A stretch of DNA of 64,000 bases. Origin: an uncultured Nitrospinaceae bacterium. Lineage in GTDB: Bacteria; UBA8248. The DNA lies in assembly GCA_964005815.1 (NCBI GenBank), contig CAXFSR010000017.1:1-64000 (forward strand). Reading direction: 5' to 3'. The notes below the pieces were generated by a model, which made no database searches, was not told the DNA's origin, and worked only from the letters and a program-made list of their open reading frames with translations. Shown here in pieces: positions 1 through 9,004 of the stretch. Both the position numbers and the translations under genes were made by a program. The stretch's first letter is position 1; each line of letters begins with the position of its first letter.

Positions 1-255
1 ACCAGGAAGGAAAATCAACAAGTCTATCCATTCTCTTAGCGAAGAAATAATAAATTTTGATGCAGGCAGACAAAAAAAAGCTAATAACGTTTATGATAAC
101 GGAAGACTTTTACTAGTAATATTAAAAGGGTGCGCAAAGTTTCATGTCAAACACGGATGTCTTCGTTGGGGCAATTTCATGAGAATTGAGTACCATAATG
201 ACCAAATGGCCAAAAATATCATGCTTTATTTGAAAAAAAGTAAAAAAGCTTCCTT

Positions 256-1445
256 TTAATTCCTTTGTTTTTCCCCTTCTCTCTCCAATACTTCCTGTAC
301 GCTGTAGTAGGCTTTTCTCGGAGTGTAATCTTTCTTCCAAAGACCTATATTGATCAAACCAGGTACCCTGTGGTGCGGTTTATCCGTAAGATCCCATAAA
401 TTCCACGCCACTACCCCTGTTTTTCTTTTTTGAAGAAGGGTCCTTACAATATTGGCATATACCGACGCAATCGTATCCTCATCCAGTTCAACGTCGTTCA
501 TAATCTGAATATTATGCTCCGTAATATGAAACTCCAGTTTATTCTTATGTGCCCAGTCTATAAGGCTAGAAAATTTTTTTAGATACTCCCCGTCTTTGTC
601 GGCCCACTTCCACCAACTGGATTTTTCCTTTAAATGCGCCTGCCAACCTATTCCGTCTACTCTCAGTCCTCTGCTACGAAGATAATGCACCATCTCTTTC
701 AGTTTCTCCAAAGACGCTTCTTCCAGGTTTCCGTGCTGATTGATCAGAAGTTTCTTCTTCGTTGCGTAACGATTGGCTATTTGAAAAGCCTGAATAATAT
801 ATAGAGGCACACCATCTCTAGATAAGATTTGAAATCTGGAAGGAATATTCTTTTCATAACCAATCTTAGTCCAGGGGTTCTCCCACTTCAGGACCCCTTC
901 TTTAGGGCCAAACCAGCCTCCCTGCTTGTCGATCGCCTCGTTGACCACGTCAAACCACCTTACTGTTTTTTCATCGTTATATTTCTTGCATACATCGATC
1001 ATAAATGCAGAGAGATTCTTCTCTAGTTCTCTAGAAGTGCGAAAATCTTTTTTTGCCCATCTAGAAGCCTGGGGACTAATAGAAACACTGGCCCGAATCA
1101 CCTGACCATTTTCTTTAGCATAAGAAACCCACTTGTCTGTTCTTCCATAACGCCAGATACGGGGACGCGGATGAATACGGCCTTGCTTAAAATCCCAACC
1201 AGGGGAAATATAACCAAACTCTTTTCGAAGAAGAAAATCTTCTCCTTTTCCCCAAAACTGATATTTCATATGAGCGCCGATATACACATTCTCTGGATAT
1301 TTTTCTTTCACGATATCCCGGAATCTGCGGCCATGAGGCAAAGAAACTTTAGCAGAAGTAAGTTCTTTGATATAGGATTTTTTGCAGCATCACAAATAGA
1401 AAACTGGGAAATAAAAAAAACGATGATCAAGAGAGTTTTAGTCAT
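256..1445 (-). CDS. Glycoside hydrolase family 10-like protein; the signal peptide (ATG 1445) is out of frame with the catalytic ORF (256..1341)
   Basis: WFDVVNEA (acid/base Glu), DGIGWQAHL and HITEH (nucleophile) motifs; upstream MTKTLLIIVFFISQFSICDAA joins the ORF by a -1 shift at the A6 run (1378-1383). Confidence 0.75.
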
Positions 1446-1482
1446 TTTTATCGCCTTTCTGTATCCTACCTACAACTCGAAA

Positions 1483-1668
1483 CTAACCGAATACTCTTTT
1501 GAGATAAGGAGCAAACACAAAAAGAGCAACACCTCCCCAAACTACAATGCGAAGAGACAACAATTTCAATTCTATCTTTTTTATTCTTACCTCCTGTTTC
1601 TCAATCACTCCCTTAAGAATCTCAATTTTATGCTCAGTACTTGGCTCTTCTACATGTTCTTCTTCCAT
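1483..1668 (-). CDS. Small hypothetical membrane protein
   Basis: 61 aa, GGAGG Shine-Dalgarno (SD) upstream, coiled-coil-like N-terminus and one C-terminal hydrophobic helix. Confidence 0.5.
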   Translation of the reverse strand: MEEEHVEEPSTEHKIEILKGVIEKQEVRIKKIELKLLSLRIVVWGGVALFVFAPYLKRVFG

Positions 1669-1700
1669 AATTCCTCCAAAAGTTGAATCAAATAACAGTT

Positions 1701-2276
1701 TTATTTAAAAGGCATCACAGGACCGGTTCTATTCTGCGGCTCTTCAAAACGCCACATCTGGCGGTGAAATATTTCTTCAGAACAATTTTCAAGAGAAAGG
1801 GATCGGGCCATATGTTTGGAAGGTAGTCTTCTTCCTCCCCGGGTGAGACGAGATGCCTCTGGACCAATCGTTATACATTTTTCAGGATGCTGTTTTAAAA
1901 CAAGGCGGTAGTTCTTGTGTTCCCATAGTTGCAAATCAGTTTTCTTGCATTCTTTTAACACAAGTTTTGCGCCCTCTTGATTACTTTCCGCTTGCACACA
2001 TAAGTCATATTCAGGCATACGCAATTGATTTTTCTCTATCGCTCGAGAATCAAACAATTCGTCTTTATGCCAAATACCCTCTTTACAAGTATGCACTACC
2101 AAAGGCCTTTCGGTTTTTACTCTCGTTTTATGTCCTGGAATATCGATACAATGAAATCTAGGTTCATCTAAAGGGTAGAACGCTTTAAGGAAAGTTTGTT
2201 TTTCCTGAGCGTGTATCATTGGAAGTGAGACAAAAAGAAGAAAAGGAAAAATGAATAAAAAGAAATATTTCTTCAA
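1701..2276 (-). CDS. Secreted ricin-B/beta-trefoil lectin-like protein
   Basis: Signal peptide ending IHA-Q; three repeats of C-(I/V)...C...QxW/ELF type; AGGAG SD 6 nt before TTG 2276. The track start at 2327 lies inside the tRNA. Confidence 0.65.
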   Translation of the reverse strand: MKKYFFLFIFPFLLFVSLPMIHAQEKQTFLKAFYPLDEPRFHCIDIPGHKTRVKTERPLVVHTCKEGIWHKDELFDSRAIEKNQLRMPEYDLCVQAESNQEGAKLVLKECKKTDLQLWEHKNYRLVLKQHPEKCITIGPEASRLTRGGRRLPSKHMARSLSLENCSEEIFHRQMWRFEEPQNRTGPVMPFK

Positions 2277-2297
2277 CAAACTCTCCTTGAAAATTTC

Positions 2298-2385
2298 TGG
2301 TGCCGAGGGGGGGACTCGAACCCCCATGAGGGTTAACCTCGCTGGATTTTGAATCCAGTGCGTCTACCAATTCCGCCACCCCGGC
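2298..2385 (-). tRNA. tRNA-Leu(CAA)
   Basis: GCCGGGG acceptor stem, anticodon arm CTGGA-TTCAAAA-TCCAG, long variable arm, GGTTCGAGTCC T-arm, encoded CCA. Confidence 0.97.
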
Positions 2386-2527
2386 AAATTAAAACTCAGT
2401 CAATCTATCATATTTGTGACGAATTGGCATTCTACAGACAAAGTGATTTGAAAGTTGAAAGACTCTTTGATTATGCGTTGATATCATACAAAATAGAAAA
2501 ATTGAAACTTCTTTAAAATGGAACATA

Positions 2528-3709
2528 ATGAACTGGACAAAAAACATTTGTATTGTTCTTTTGGCAACGATTATTCCTATTCTATTGCTAGAGTTTGGCC
2601 TGCGCATCATTTTTCCAAACAAAGCTTCAAAAAACAAAAATATCAGAGACCATAGCGACCCTTATCTGCCAAAACATCTAACCGGATACACTCTCCAAAT
2701 CCTTTCTACATTTGACAAAAAAGGATTTCGATTAAACGAAAATAACTGTACAAAAGAAGGGGTACAAAAGAAAAAAATTCTCATAGTTGGAGATTCAAAT
2801 ATTGCCGGACGTTTTGTTTCTGACAAAGAACATATCGGTTCACTTCTGGCAGAATCACTCAATAAAGATGGAAAAGATTGCGTTCAAATAGACACCTTCG
2901 GGGTTTCTGGTTTTGGGCCAGATCAAACATTATTCGCAATAGAGAAATTCGCAAAAAAAAACATTTACTCTTCGGTTATATTTCATGTCTTTGCAGATAA
3001 CGATTTAGGAGATTTAATCAGAAATAATTATCCATGGAAAAATGGAGAACTGCAAAATAATGGTTATTGCTATATCATTCCCGGAATAATTGGAAAATCT
3101 CTGCTATTCAAAGCAGTACGAAAGGCATTGTTTATTACTACAGGATACTGGAAAAGTGTTTCTCTGAAACATTCCTTAGGAAAACATGAATTATGTGTCG
3201 AAGAACCGTACATCATAAAAAATAGTTTTTTTGAAAGTTTAAGGGATGGAGCGCATAAAGAATGGAATGCGTTTAAGAAGGGACTTGTCCATATCTACAT
3301 GCAAGATAGATATGATATCGAGTTCTCCTGCTCTACAAACACAACTGCAATAAAAGAAACAAAAAAGCGTTTGAATTATATATTTTCAAGATTTTTGAAA
3401 ATATCAAGAGAACGCAATTTCCGAGGGAAACTCCTCATACAACCATCCGAAGTGGATGTCACAACAAATGATTCTAAATTCAGCAATGATCTAAAAAACT
3501 TATGCCCTAAATATAAGAAAAATAATCTTACAGAATTAATTTCTGGCACAGTCTCAAAGAGTATTCCAACCTTAAATCTTTATGATATTTTCAGAAACTG
3601 TAATGAATGCTATTTTTCTGATAAACAATGGAAAAATAACAACCATTGGAATAAAAAAGGAATACGATTGGCAGTCCAAGAAATTATAAAAGAATTTAAG
3701 TTCAAATAG
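2528..3709 (+). CDS. Membrane-anchored SGNH/GDSL-like hydrolase or polysaccharide O-acyltransferase
   Basis: N-terminal TM helix, IVGDS block I, GVSGFGPDQ block II, DND block III, NHWN block V. Confidence 0.65.
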   Translation: MNWTKNICIVLLATIIPILLLEFGLRIIFPNKASKNKNIRDHSDPYLPKHLTGYTLQILSTFDKKGFRLNENNCTKEGVQKKKILIVGDSNIAGRFVSDKEHIGSLLAESLNKDGKDCVQIDTFGVSGFGPDQTLFAIEKFAKKNIYSSVIFHVFADNDLGDLIRNNYPWKNGELQNNGYCYIIPGIIGKSLLFKAVRKALFITTGYWKSVSLKHSLGKHELCVEEPYIIKNSFFESLRDGAHKEWNAFKKGLVHIYMQDRYDIEFSCSTNTTAIKETKKRLNYIFSRFLKISRERNFRGKLLIQPSEVDVTTNDSKFSNDLKNLCPKYKKNNLTELISGTVSKSIPTLNLYDIFRNCNECYFSDKQWKNNNHWNKKGIRLAVQEIIKEFKFK

Positions 3710-3744
3710 GTCCTATAATTCAACAATTCTTACTTGAGGAAATA

Positions 3745-4851
3745 ATGAAAATTGAAAATACAAATATTTGGACTATCAAAAGTAAGGTAGAACAAAAATC
3801 CCGTAACCGATATGGAGCGGTGAATTTTTTAGAGAGGACCCTTCTTCGACTAGAAGACGAAAATGGCAATGAGGGGTGGGGAGAAATGATGCCTATTATT
3901 TTCACTACCGAGAAAGCAGAAAATGCCACAAAGGTTATTCAAAACATCACAGAATCACTTAAAGAAATGCCAGAAATTGAACCTATTTCAAACTCAAACG
4001 TGATAGATAGTCTTCAGGATTTTTCTGAACTCAAGGCAGCCCGTTCCTCGATCGAATGTGCGTTGCTAGATATTGAATCTAAAAGAGAACAAAAATCCTT
4101 CGTGGAGAAACTGGAAGGTAGTCATACTAGTGTAAGTTTAGATGGACCCATTGGCCTGGAATCTCCTGAAGATGCAATACGTAAAACAAAAATGTATCTA
4201 ACTGAAGGTATTTCGACTGTAAAAGTAAAAGTGGGAGTGAACGTAAGGGATGATGCAAACCGCCTTCTCGCATTAAGAGAAGAATTCGGAGATGAAATCG
4301 AAATAAGAATGGATGCCAATGGTGGTTATACCGACGAAGAAGTCTTTGAATTTTGTAATTTGATCTTGCCAGTTGCAGTTCAACATTTTGAACAGCCAGT
4401 TCTTCCATCTAATGAACGTTGCTTTGAAATTTGCAGAGAAATAAGAGAAATGGGAATTCCGGTCGCGGCAGATGAATCTTTATTCTCACTTCAAGATGCA
4501 GAAACTTTAGTCCAAGAAGACGCATTAGATGTAGGAGTTATTAAAATTTCTAAATTCGGCGGAATACTAATAGCGAAAAAAATTGCTACCCTGCTCGAAA
4601 GTGCAGGGAAAAAATGCGTAATCAGTGCATCTTATGAATCATTAGTAGGAAAATCTATGGCCTTGGCTCTCGCCTTATCTTTAAACAACACCGACCTTGC
4701 TCATGAGGTTGGACACTTTGCAAAAGAACCTACCATCACCGAATGGAAACATAATAATTCAAATGGAATCATGTCGTATGGGCATTGCATTGGACTTGGA
4801 GCAAAAGGAGATGTAGAAAAAATCAATTCTATCGCAACAAGTTCTATTTGA
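3745..4851 (+). CDS. Enolase superfamily, muconate lactonizing enzyme / dipeptide epimerase subgroup
   Basis: GWGE, KVKVG, DANG, EQP, ADES and IKISKFGG motifs. Confidence 0.85.
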   Translation: MKIENTNIWTIKSKVEQKSRNRYGAVNFLERTLLRLEDENGNEGWGEMMPIIFTTEKAENATKVIQNITESLKEMPEIEPISNSNVIDSLQDFSELKAARSSIECALLDIESKREQKSFVEKLEGSHTSVSLDGPIGLESPEDAIRKTKMYLTEGISTVKVKVGVNVRDDANRLLALREEFGDEIEIRMDANGGYTDEEVFEFCNLILPVAVQHFEQPVLPSNERCFEICREIREMGIPVAADESLFSLQDAETLVQEDALDVGVIKISKFGGILIAKKIATLLESAGKKCVISASYESLVGKSMALALALSLNNTDLAHEVGHFAKEPTITEWKHNNSNGIMSYGHCIGLGAKGDVEKINSIATSSI

Positions 4852-4873
4852 TTTTTTGAATTTTAGTTTACTA

Positions 4874-5527
4874 TCAAGCTATTTCTTCAGGAAATTCTTC
4901 CGGCCACTCATCTATAACCGCTTGAAGATAAGCTTTCAATTCCGCAGGATCTTTCTTTCGATTAAGAGAACGTTCAATATAATTTTTCTCCTCAATCGGC
5001 ACTTTCATTGCATCGTTAAACTTGTTTCTCATATCTAGATAGCAAATCGTCATCGTAAGTTCGACTAAGGCGACATCTGATAAATGATTGGAGACATTTT
5101 CGTAAATATCATCACGTTCACTAGCTGTTCCCATAGTAACATGTTCGGACCATTCAATAATTGCACGATCCTTTTCAGAAAATTCAGGAGAATTCTTATA
5201 TTCCCCTGAGCGCATCATTTTTTGCAATTCGTCAGAAATACCAACCGATCGCCCGACCGGTTCATTATGGGCAAGTCAATACGCACATTCATTCACCTGA
5301 CTCGTTCTGATTATGGCTAATTCTTTTGTTCTGGTTTCTAAAACAGAACCAATTCCTTGTCTCATTAATGTAGAGGTAAGAGGCAACATAAATTTTGTAG
5401 CAAACGGCTGATTTGCCATAACCATCCATGAATTCGGTGTTCTACTGAGGAGTATATCCGCATGTTTGTATAAGCGAGCGACCTCTCCTTTTGCTTCATC
5501 TCTGATAATCCCTGGTACTCGGTCCAA
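4874..5527 (-). CDS. AhpD/CMD-family selenoprotein (CxxU), 217 aa by read-through of UGA 5278-5276
   Basis: ORFs 5276..5527 and 4874..5227 are in frame and joined by an open linker: KELAIIRTSQVNECAY-U-LAHNEPVGRSVGISDELQ; GGAGG SD before TTG 5527; hairpin downstream of the UGA. Confidence 0.88.
5243..5262 (-). promoter_or_regulatory. Putative bacterial SECIS element of the AhpD-like gene
   Basis: AACCGGUC-GGGC-GAUCGGUU, 8-bp stem starting 13 nt after the UGA, loop beginning with G. Confidence 0.75.
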
Positions 5528-5653
5528 TTGAAACCTCCATATTATAAATTAATTTATTTAAATCATTATAAACGGGAATAGATGAAAATGAAATTTGTCT
5601 TTTTTAAGTAATGAACTACAATGGATATTATTTTCAAAATTAGGAGAAAAACG

Positions 5654-6199
5654 TTGAACGAACAACCATTAGATCCTCGTAAAGATAGTTCAGTTCCTGG
5701 AGAGAGAACCATTGACAAACCTGAACTACCAAAGCAAGGCTACGCTTTTACCATGTCTGCAAGCACAGAAACTGTAGAAGGAAAAGGGCAACTCAAAATT
5801 GGTTATCACAGAGATTTTGAAGTCCTATGCGATGAACCAGCAAGGATAGGAGGGGAAGATTCACACCCACAACCTCTTTGTTATATTGCTATGGGAATTG
5901 GTTTCTGACTGCTCACACAACTTGCGCGGTACGCGCACATGATGAAACTCTCTGTTGGAAAAGCAACCGTAAATGTAGATCTGGATTATTTTTTAAAGGG
6001 TTCAGTACTAAAAAATACCGTCGAATCAGGATGCTCTGCTGCTAGAACACATTTTATCGTAAATTCGGACGAGCCCAAAGAGAAGATTGAACAACTTATC
6101 AGAAATGCAAAACAGGGTTGTTTTGCTGAAAAAATGTTACAAGCAGCCGTTCCACTAACTAGCACAATCGAATTGAACGGTGAAAATTTTTCTATTTAG
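5654..6199 (+). CDS. OsmC-like selenoprotein (UxxT), about 181 aa by read-through of UGA 5906-5908
   Basis: ORFs 5621..5908 and 5939..6199 are in frame: DEPARIGGEDSHPQPLCYIAMGIGF-U-LLTQLARYAHMMK...GCFAE; AGGAG SD before TTG 5654 (alternative ATG 5621). Confidence 0.88.
5923..5937 (+). promoter_or_regulatory. Putative bacterial SECIS element of the OsmC-like gene
   Basis: UGCGC-GGUAC-GCGCA hairpin starting 14 nt after the UGA; GC-rich patch in an AT-rich gene; GGU loop. Confidence 0.75.
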
Positions 6200-6217
6200 G
6201 AATATCGGAGCATTCAT

Positions 6218-7846
6218 ATGGACATTGATAAATCTGTAAATTTTGCCCCGCTCAGTCCTTTAAGTTTTCTAGAAAGAAATCAATGGGTCTATAAAAACAA
6301 AGAAGCGATAATGTATGGTCTCCAAAAATATACTTATGGAGAATTTTCAGATCGAGTTCAGCGATGTGCCTCCGCTTTAAAAAATGCAGGAATACAATCA
6401 GGGGATAGAGTTGCTTACCTGTGTCCAAATATTCCGCCTATGCTAGAAGCACATTTTGCCGTACCACTACTAGGTGCCATCTTGGTAGCAATGAATACAC
6501 GTCTTTCTCCAGATGAAATTGCCTATATTTGTGACCATTCTGGAGCAAAGGTTCTCGTAGCGGATACTGAACTCGCAATTCCTTTAGATTCTCATAAAGA
6601 AAAGTTTTCTAAAATTGAAACTTTTATCAATGTCATTGACGAACAAGCTGGTTTTCGTGAGAAAGATGCCATATTTCAGGGACCAGAATACGAAAGCTTT
6701 ATAAATTCATCAGAAAATAATCAATTGCCATGGAAAATAGAAGATGAACTCACCCCAATCTCTATTAATTATACTAGCGGAACGACAGGAAAACCAAAAG
6801 GAGTAATGTACACACATCGAGGTGCCTATTTAAATGCCCTCTCCGGGATTCTTGAAGCTAAAGGTTCTGTGTACATGAATTATTTATGGACACTCCCGAT
6901 GTTTCACTGTAATGGTTGGTGTTATCCATGGGGAGTCACGTCTGTTGGAGGAAGACATATATGTCTTAGGACAAACGAACCTACAGAAATTTTTAGATTA
7001 ATAAGAGAAGAAAAGGTGTCACATTTTTGCGCAGCCCCAACTGTACTAACAGGATTAAGTAATGATCCTGCAGCAAAAGACGGTCCTTTTCCTCAACCCG
7101 TAACGGTGATGACTGGGGGGGCTCCACCTTCTCCAACTATCATATCAACAATAGAAGAAGAACTAGGTGGAACAATAGTACATGTATATGGATTAACAGA
7201 AACCTATGGCCCACATACTGTTTGCACATGGAATCCCGATTGGGACACTCTCAATAATGAAGATCGTGCACATTTAAAATCAAGACAAGGTGTACCATTT
7301 GTCATTACGGGAGAGTGTGATGTTAAAGACGACGAAATGAAAAGTGTTCCGTGGGACAAGAAGACACAAGGTGAAGTAATGATGAGAGGAAATACGGTTA
7401 TGGCCGGGTATTATGAAAATCCCGAAGCAACCGAAGAAGCATTTAGGGGTGGCTGGTTTCATAGTGGAGATATTGCGATAACATATGAAGATGGATACAT
7501 CGATCTACAAGATAGAGCAAAAGATATAATTATTTCCGGCGGTGAAAACATATCTACGATTGAAATAGAGAAAGCTATTTCATCTCATCAGTCTGTTCTG
7601 GAAGTAGCGGTAGTTGCAGTTCCAGATGACAAATGGGGAGAAGTACCAAAAGCATTTATTGTCAAAAAAAACAATGCAAAAGTTACAAGCGAAGAAATTA
7701 TAGAACATGTAAAATCAAAAATCGCCAGATTCAAAGCTCCTAAATATGTCGAATTTGGAGAACTGCCAAAAACTTCAACTGGGAAGATACAAAAATATAA
7801 ACTCCGTGACCAAGAATGGGCCGGCAGAGAAAAAAGAGTAAACTAA
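6218..7846 (+). CDS. Acyl-CoA synthetase (AMP-forming), short/medium-chain or DmdB-like
   Basis: YTSGTTGKPKG, YGLTET, FHSGD, IISGGENI and PKTSTGKIQK motifs. Confidence 0.92.
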   Translation: MDIDKSVNFAPLSPLSFLERNQWVYKNKEAIMYGLQKYTYGEFSDRVQRCASALKNAGIQSGDRVAYLCPNIPPMLEAHFAVPLLGAILVAMNTRLSPDEIAYICDHSGAKVLVADTELAIPLDSHKEKFSKIETFINVIDEQAGFREKDAIFQGPEYESFINSSENNQLPWKIEDELTPISINYTSGTTGKPKGVMYTHRGAYLNALSGILEAKGSVYMNYLWTLPMFHCNGWCYPWGVTSVGGRHICLRTNEPTEIFRLIREEKVSHFCAAPTVLTGLSNDPAAKDGPFPQPVTVMTGGAPPSPTIISTIEEELGGTIVHVYGLTETYGPHTVCTWNPDWDTLNNEDRAHLKSRQGVPFVITGECDVKDDEMKSVPWDKKTQGEVMMRGNTVMAGYYENPEATEEAFRGGWFHSGDIAITYEDGYIDLQDRAKDIIISGGENISTIEIEKAISSHQSVLEVAVVAVPDDKWGEVPKAFIVKKNNAKVTSEEIIEHVKSKIARFKAPKYVEFGELPKTSTGKIQKYKLRDQEWAGREKRVN

Positions 7847-7869
7847 ACCACGACTACCACTTTGAGTCA

Positions 7870-8244
7870 TTATGTCTCAATCGCTTTTTTTGCAGCTCGA
7901 AGAGCATGATTTGTTTTTGGAAATCCTATATAAGGGCACAAAGAGACAATTGCTTCTATAACTTCTCCAGACGGAACACCTTGATTCATCAAACCACGTG
8001 TATGTGTTTCAACTTCTTCGGGTAGATCTTGTGCCGCGGCAGCAGCTACAACCAACATTTCTCTAGTTTTATTGTCAAGAAGTCCTTGATTCCAACAAGT
8101 ACCAAAACAATATTCCACAATAGATTTCGAATGATCTGGAGCTATATCTTCAAATTCTGTGTATGAACCAGAGAGCCCATCTTCACCATATACTCCAAGA
8201 GACTTTCGAATCTCAATTCCTTTTTCATATCGATTATTTTCCAT
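7870..8244 (-). CDS. Carboxymuconolactone decarboxylase (PcaC-like) family protein
   Basis: RYEKG..IRK, FGTCW...LDNKTREM, H...GL.NQG and PYIGFP pattern; GGAGG SD. Confidence 0.8.
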   Translation of the reverse strand: MENNRYEKGIEIRKSLGVYGEDGLSGSYTEFEDIAPDHSKSIVEYCFGTCWNQGLLDNKTREMLVVAAAAAQDLPEEVETHTRGLMNQGVPSGEVIEAIVSLCPYIGFPKTNHALRAAKKAIET

Positions 8245-8275
8245 TTTTACCTCCTAAGATAAAATATATTTATAT

Positions 8276-8307
8276 AAAAAAAAGACAGAGAAAACTCTGT
8301 CTTTTTT
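8276..8307. terminator. Intrinsic terminator downstream of rpsD (bidirectional form)
   Basis: A8-GACAGAG-AAAA-CTCTGTC-T6 perfect inverted repeat. Confidence 0.85.
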
Positions 8308-8342
8308 ACAATATAACACTTAGAAGAATTTCAAAAACAGAA

Positions 8343-8963
8343 CTAACGCGAATAAAACTCTACAACTTTCGATTCATCTATATCTAGATTTAACTCTGTT
8401 CTTTGGGGATATCTAGTAAAAGTTCCCTTCATTTCCTCTTGTAGAACTTCTACCCATTCACAAATTCCTTTTGAAAAATTCATATTTAATGAATCAACAA
8501 TCCTTTCTTGCTTTTTTGCCTTCTCACGAATCTGTATATTATCACCTTCTTTCACCATATATGAAGGCACATTCACTACAACATTATTCACCATTATAGC
8601 TTTATGAGAAACAAGTTGTCTTGCCTCTGCTCTTGTAGAAGCAAAACCCATCCTAAAAACTACATTGTCTAAACGGGATTCTAAAATAAGAAACAGATTT
8701 TCTCCCGTCACACCTTTAGCTGCAGATGCTTTCTTGTAGTAGCTTCTAAATTGCTTTTCTTGAATTCCATACATATATCTTAATCTTTGTTTCTCGCGGA
8801 GTTGCTCCCCATATTCAGTAAGCTTTCCTCTTTGATTGGGATGTTGCCCAGGCCTTTGTTCTATTTTACATTTGTCCGCTATAGGTCGTGACCCACTCTT
8901 TAACGATAGGTCCATTCCCACACGCCTCATCCTTTTACATTTTGGGCCTACATACCTACTCAT
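8343..8963 (-). CDS. rpsD: 30S ribosomal protein S4
   Basis: QLREKQ, LESRLDNVVFRMGFASTRAEARQLVSH and VVEFYSR. Confidence 0.98.
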   Translation of the reverse strand: MSRYVGPKCKRMRRVGMDLSLKSGSRPIADKCKIEQRPGQHPNQRGKLTEYGEQLREKQRLRYMYGIQEKQFRSYYKKASAAKGVTGENLFLILESRLDNVVFRMGFASTRAEARQLVSHKAIMVNNVVVNVPSYMVKEGDNIQIREKAKKQERIVDSLNMNFSKGICEWVEVLQEEMKGTFTRYPQRTELNLDIDESKVVEFYSR

Positions 8964-9004
8964 TCATCATCCTCTTTTTTGATAAATTGCAAAATTAAAC
9001 AGCG

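Noticed and set aside
1..31. Possible 5' end of a minus-strand gene (MDRLVDFPSW) leaving the window
   Set aside because: Too short to support a call
1171..1686. 171-aa plus-strand ORF and the many other short antisense ORFs in the track
   Set aside because: They lie opposite well-supported genes and have no recognisable motifs
2185..2379. 64-aa ORF and the 5' extension of ORF 1701..2327
   Set aside because: They are translations of the tRNA-Leu gene
250..3709. Integrative element at tRNA-Leu
   Set aside because: No integrase, transposase or duplicated tRNA 3' end seen in the window
4874..6199. Four separate small proteins or two pseudogenes, as implied by the ORF track
   Set aside because: Both pairs are in frame across a single UGA at a catalytic Cys position with a downstream hairpin; Sec read-through explains them better
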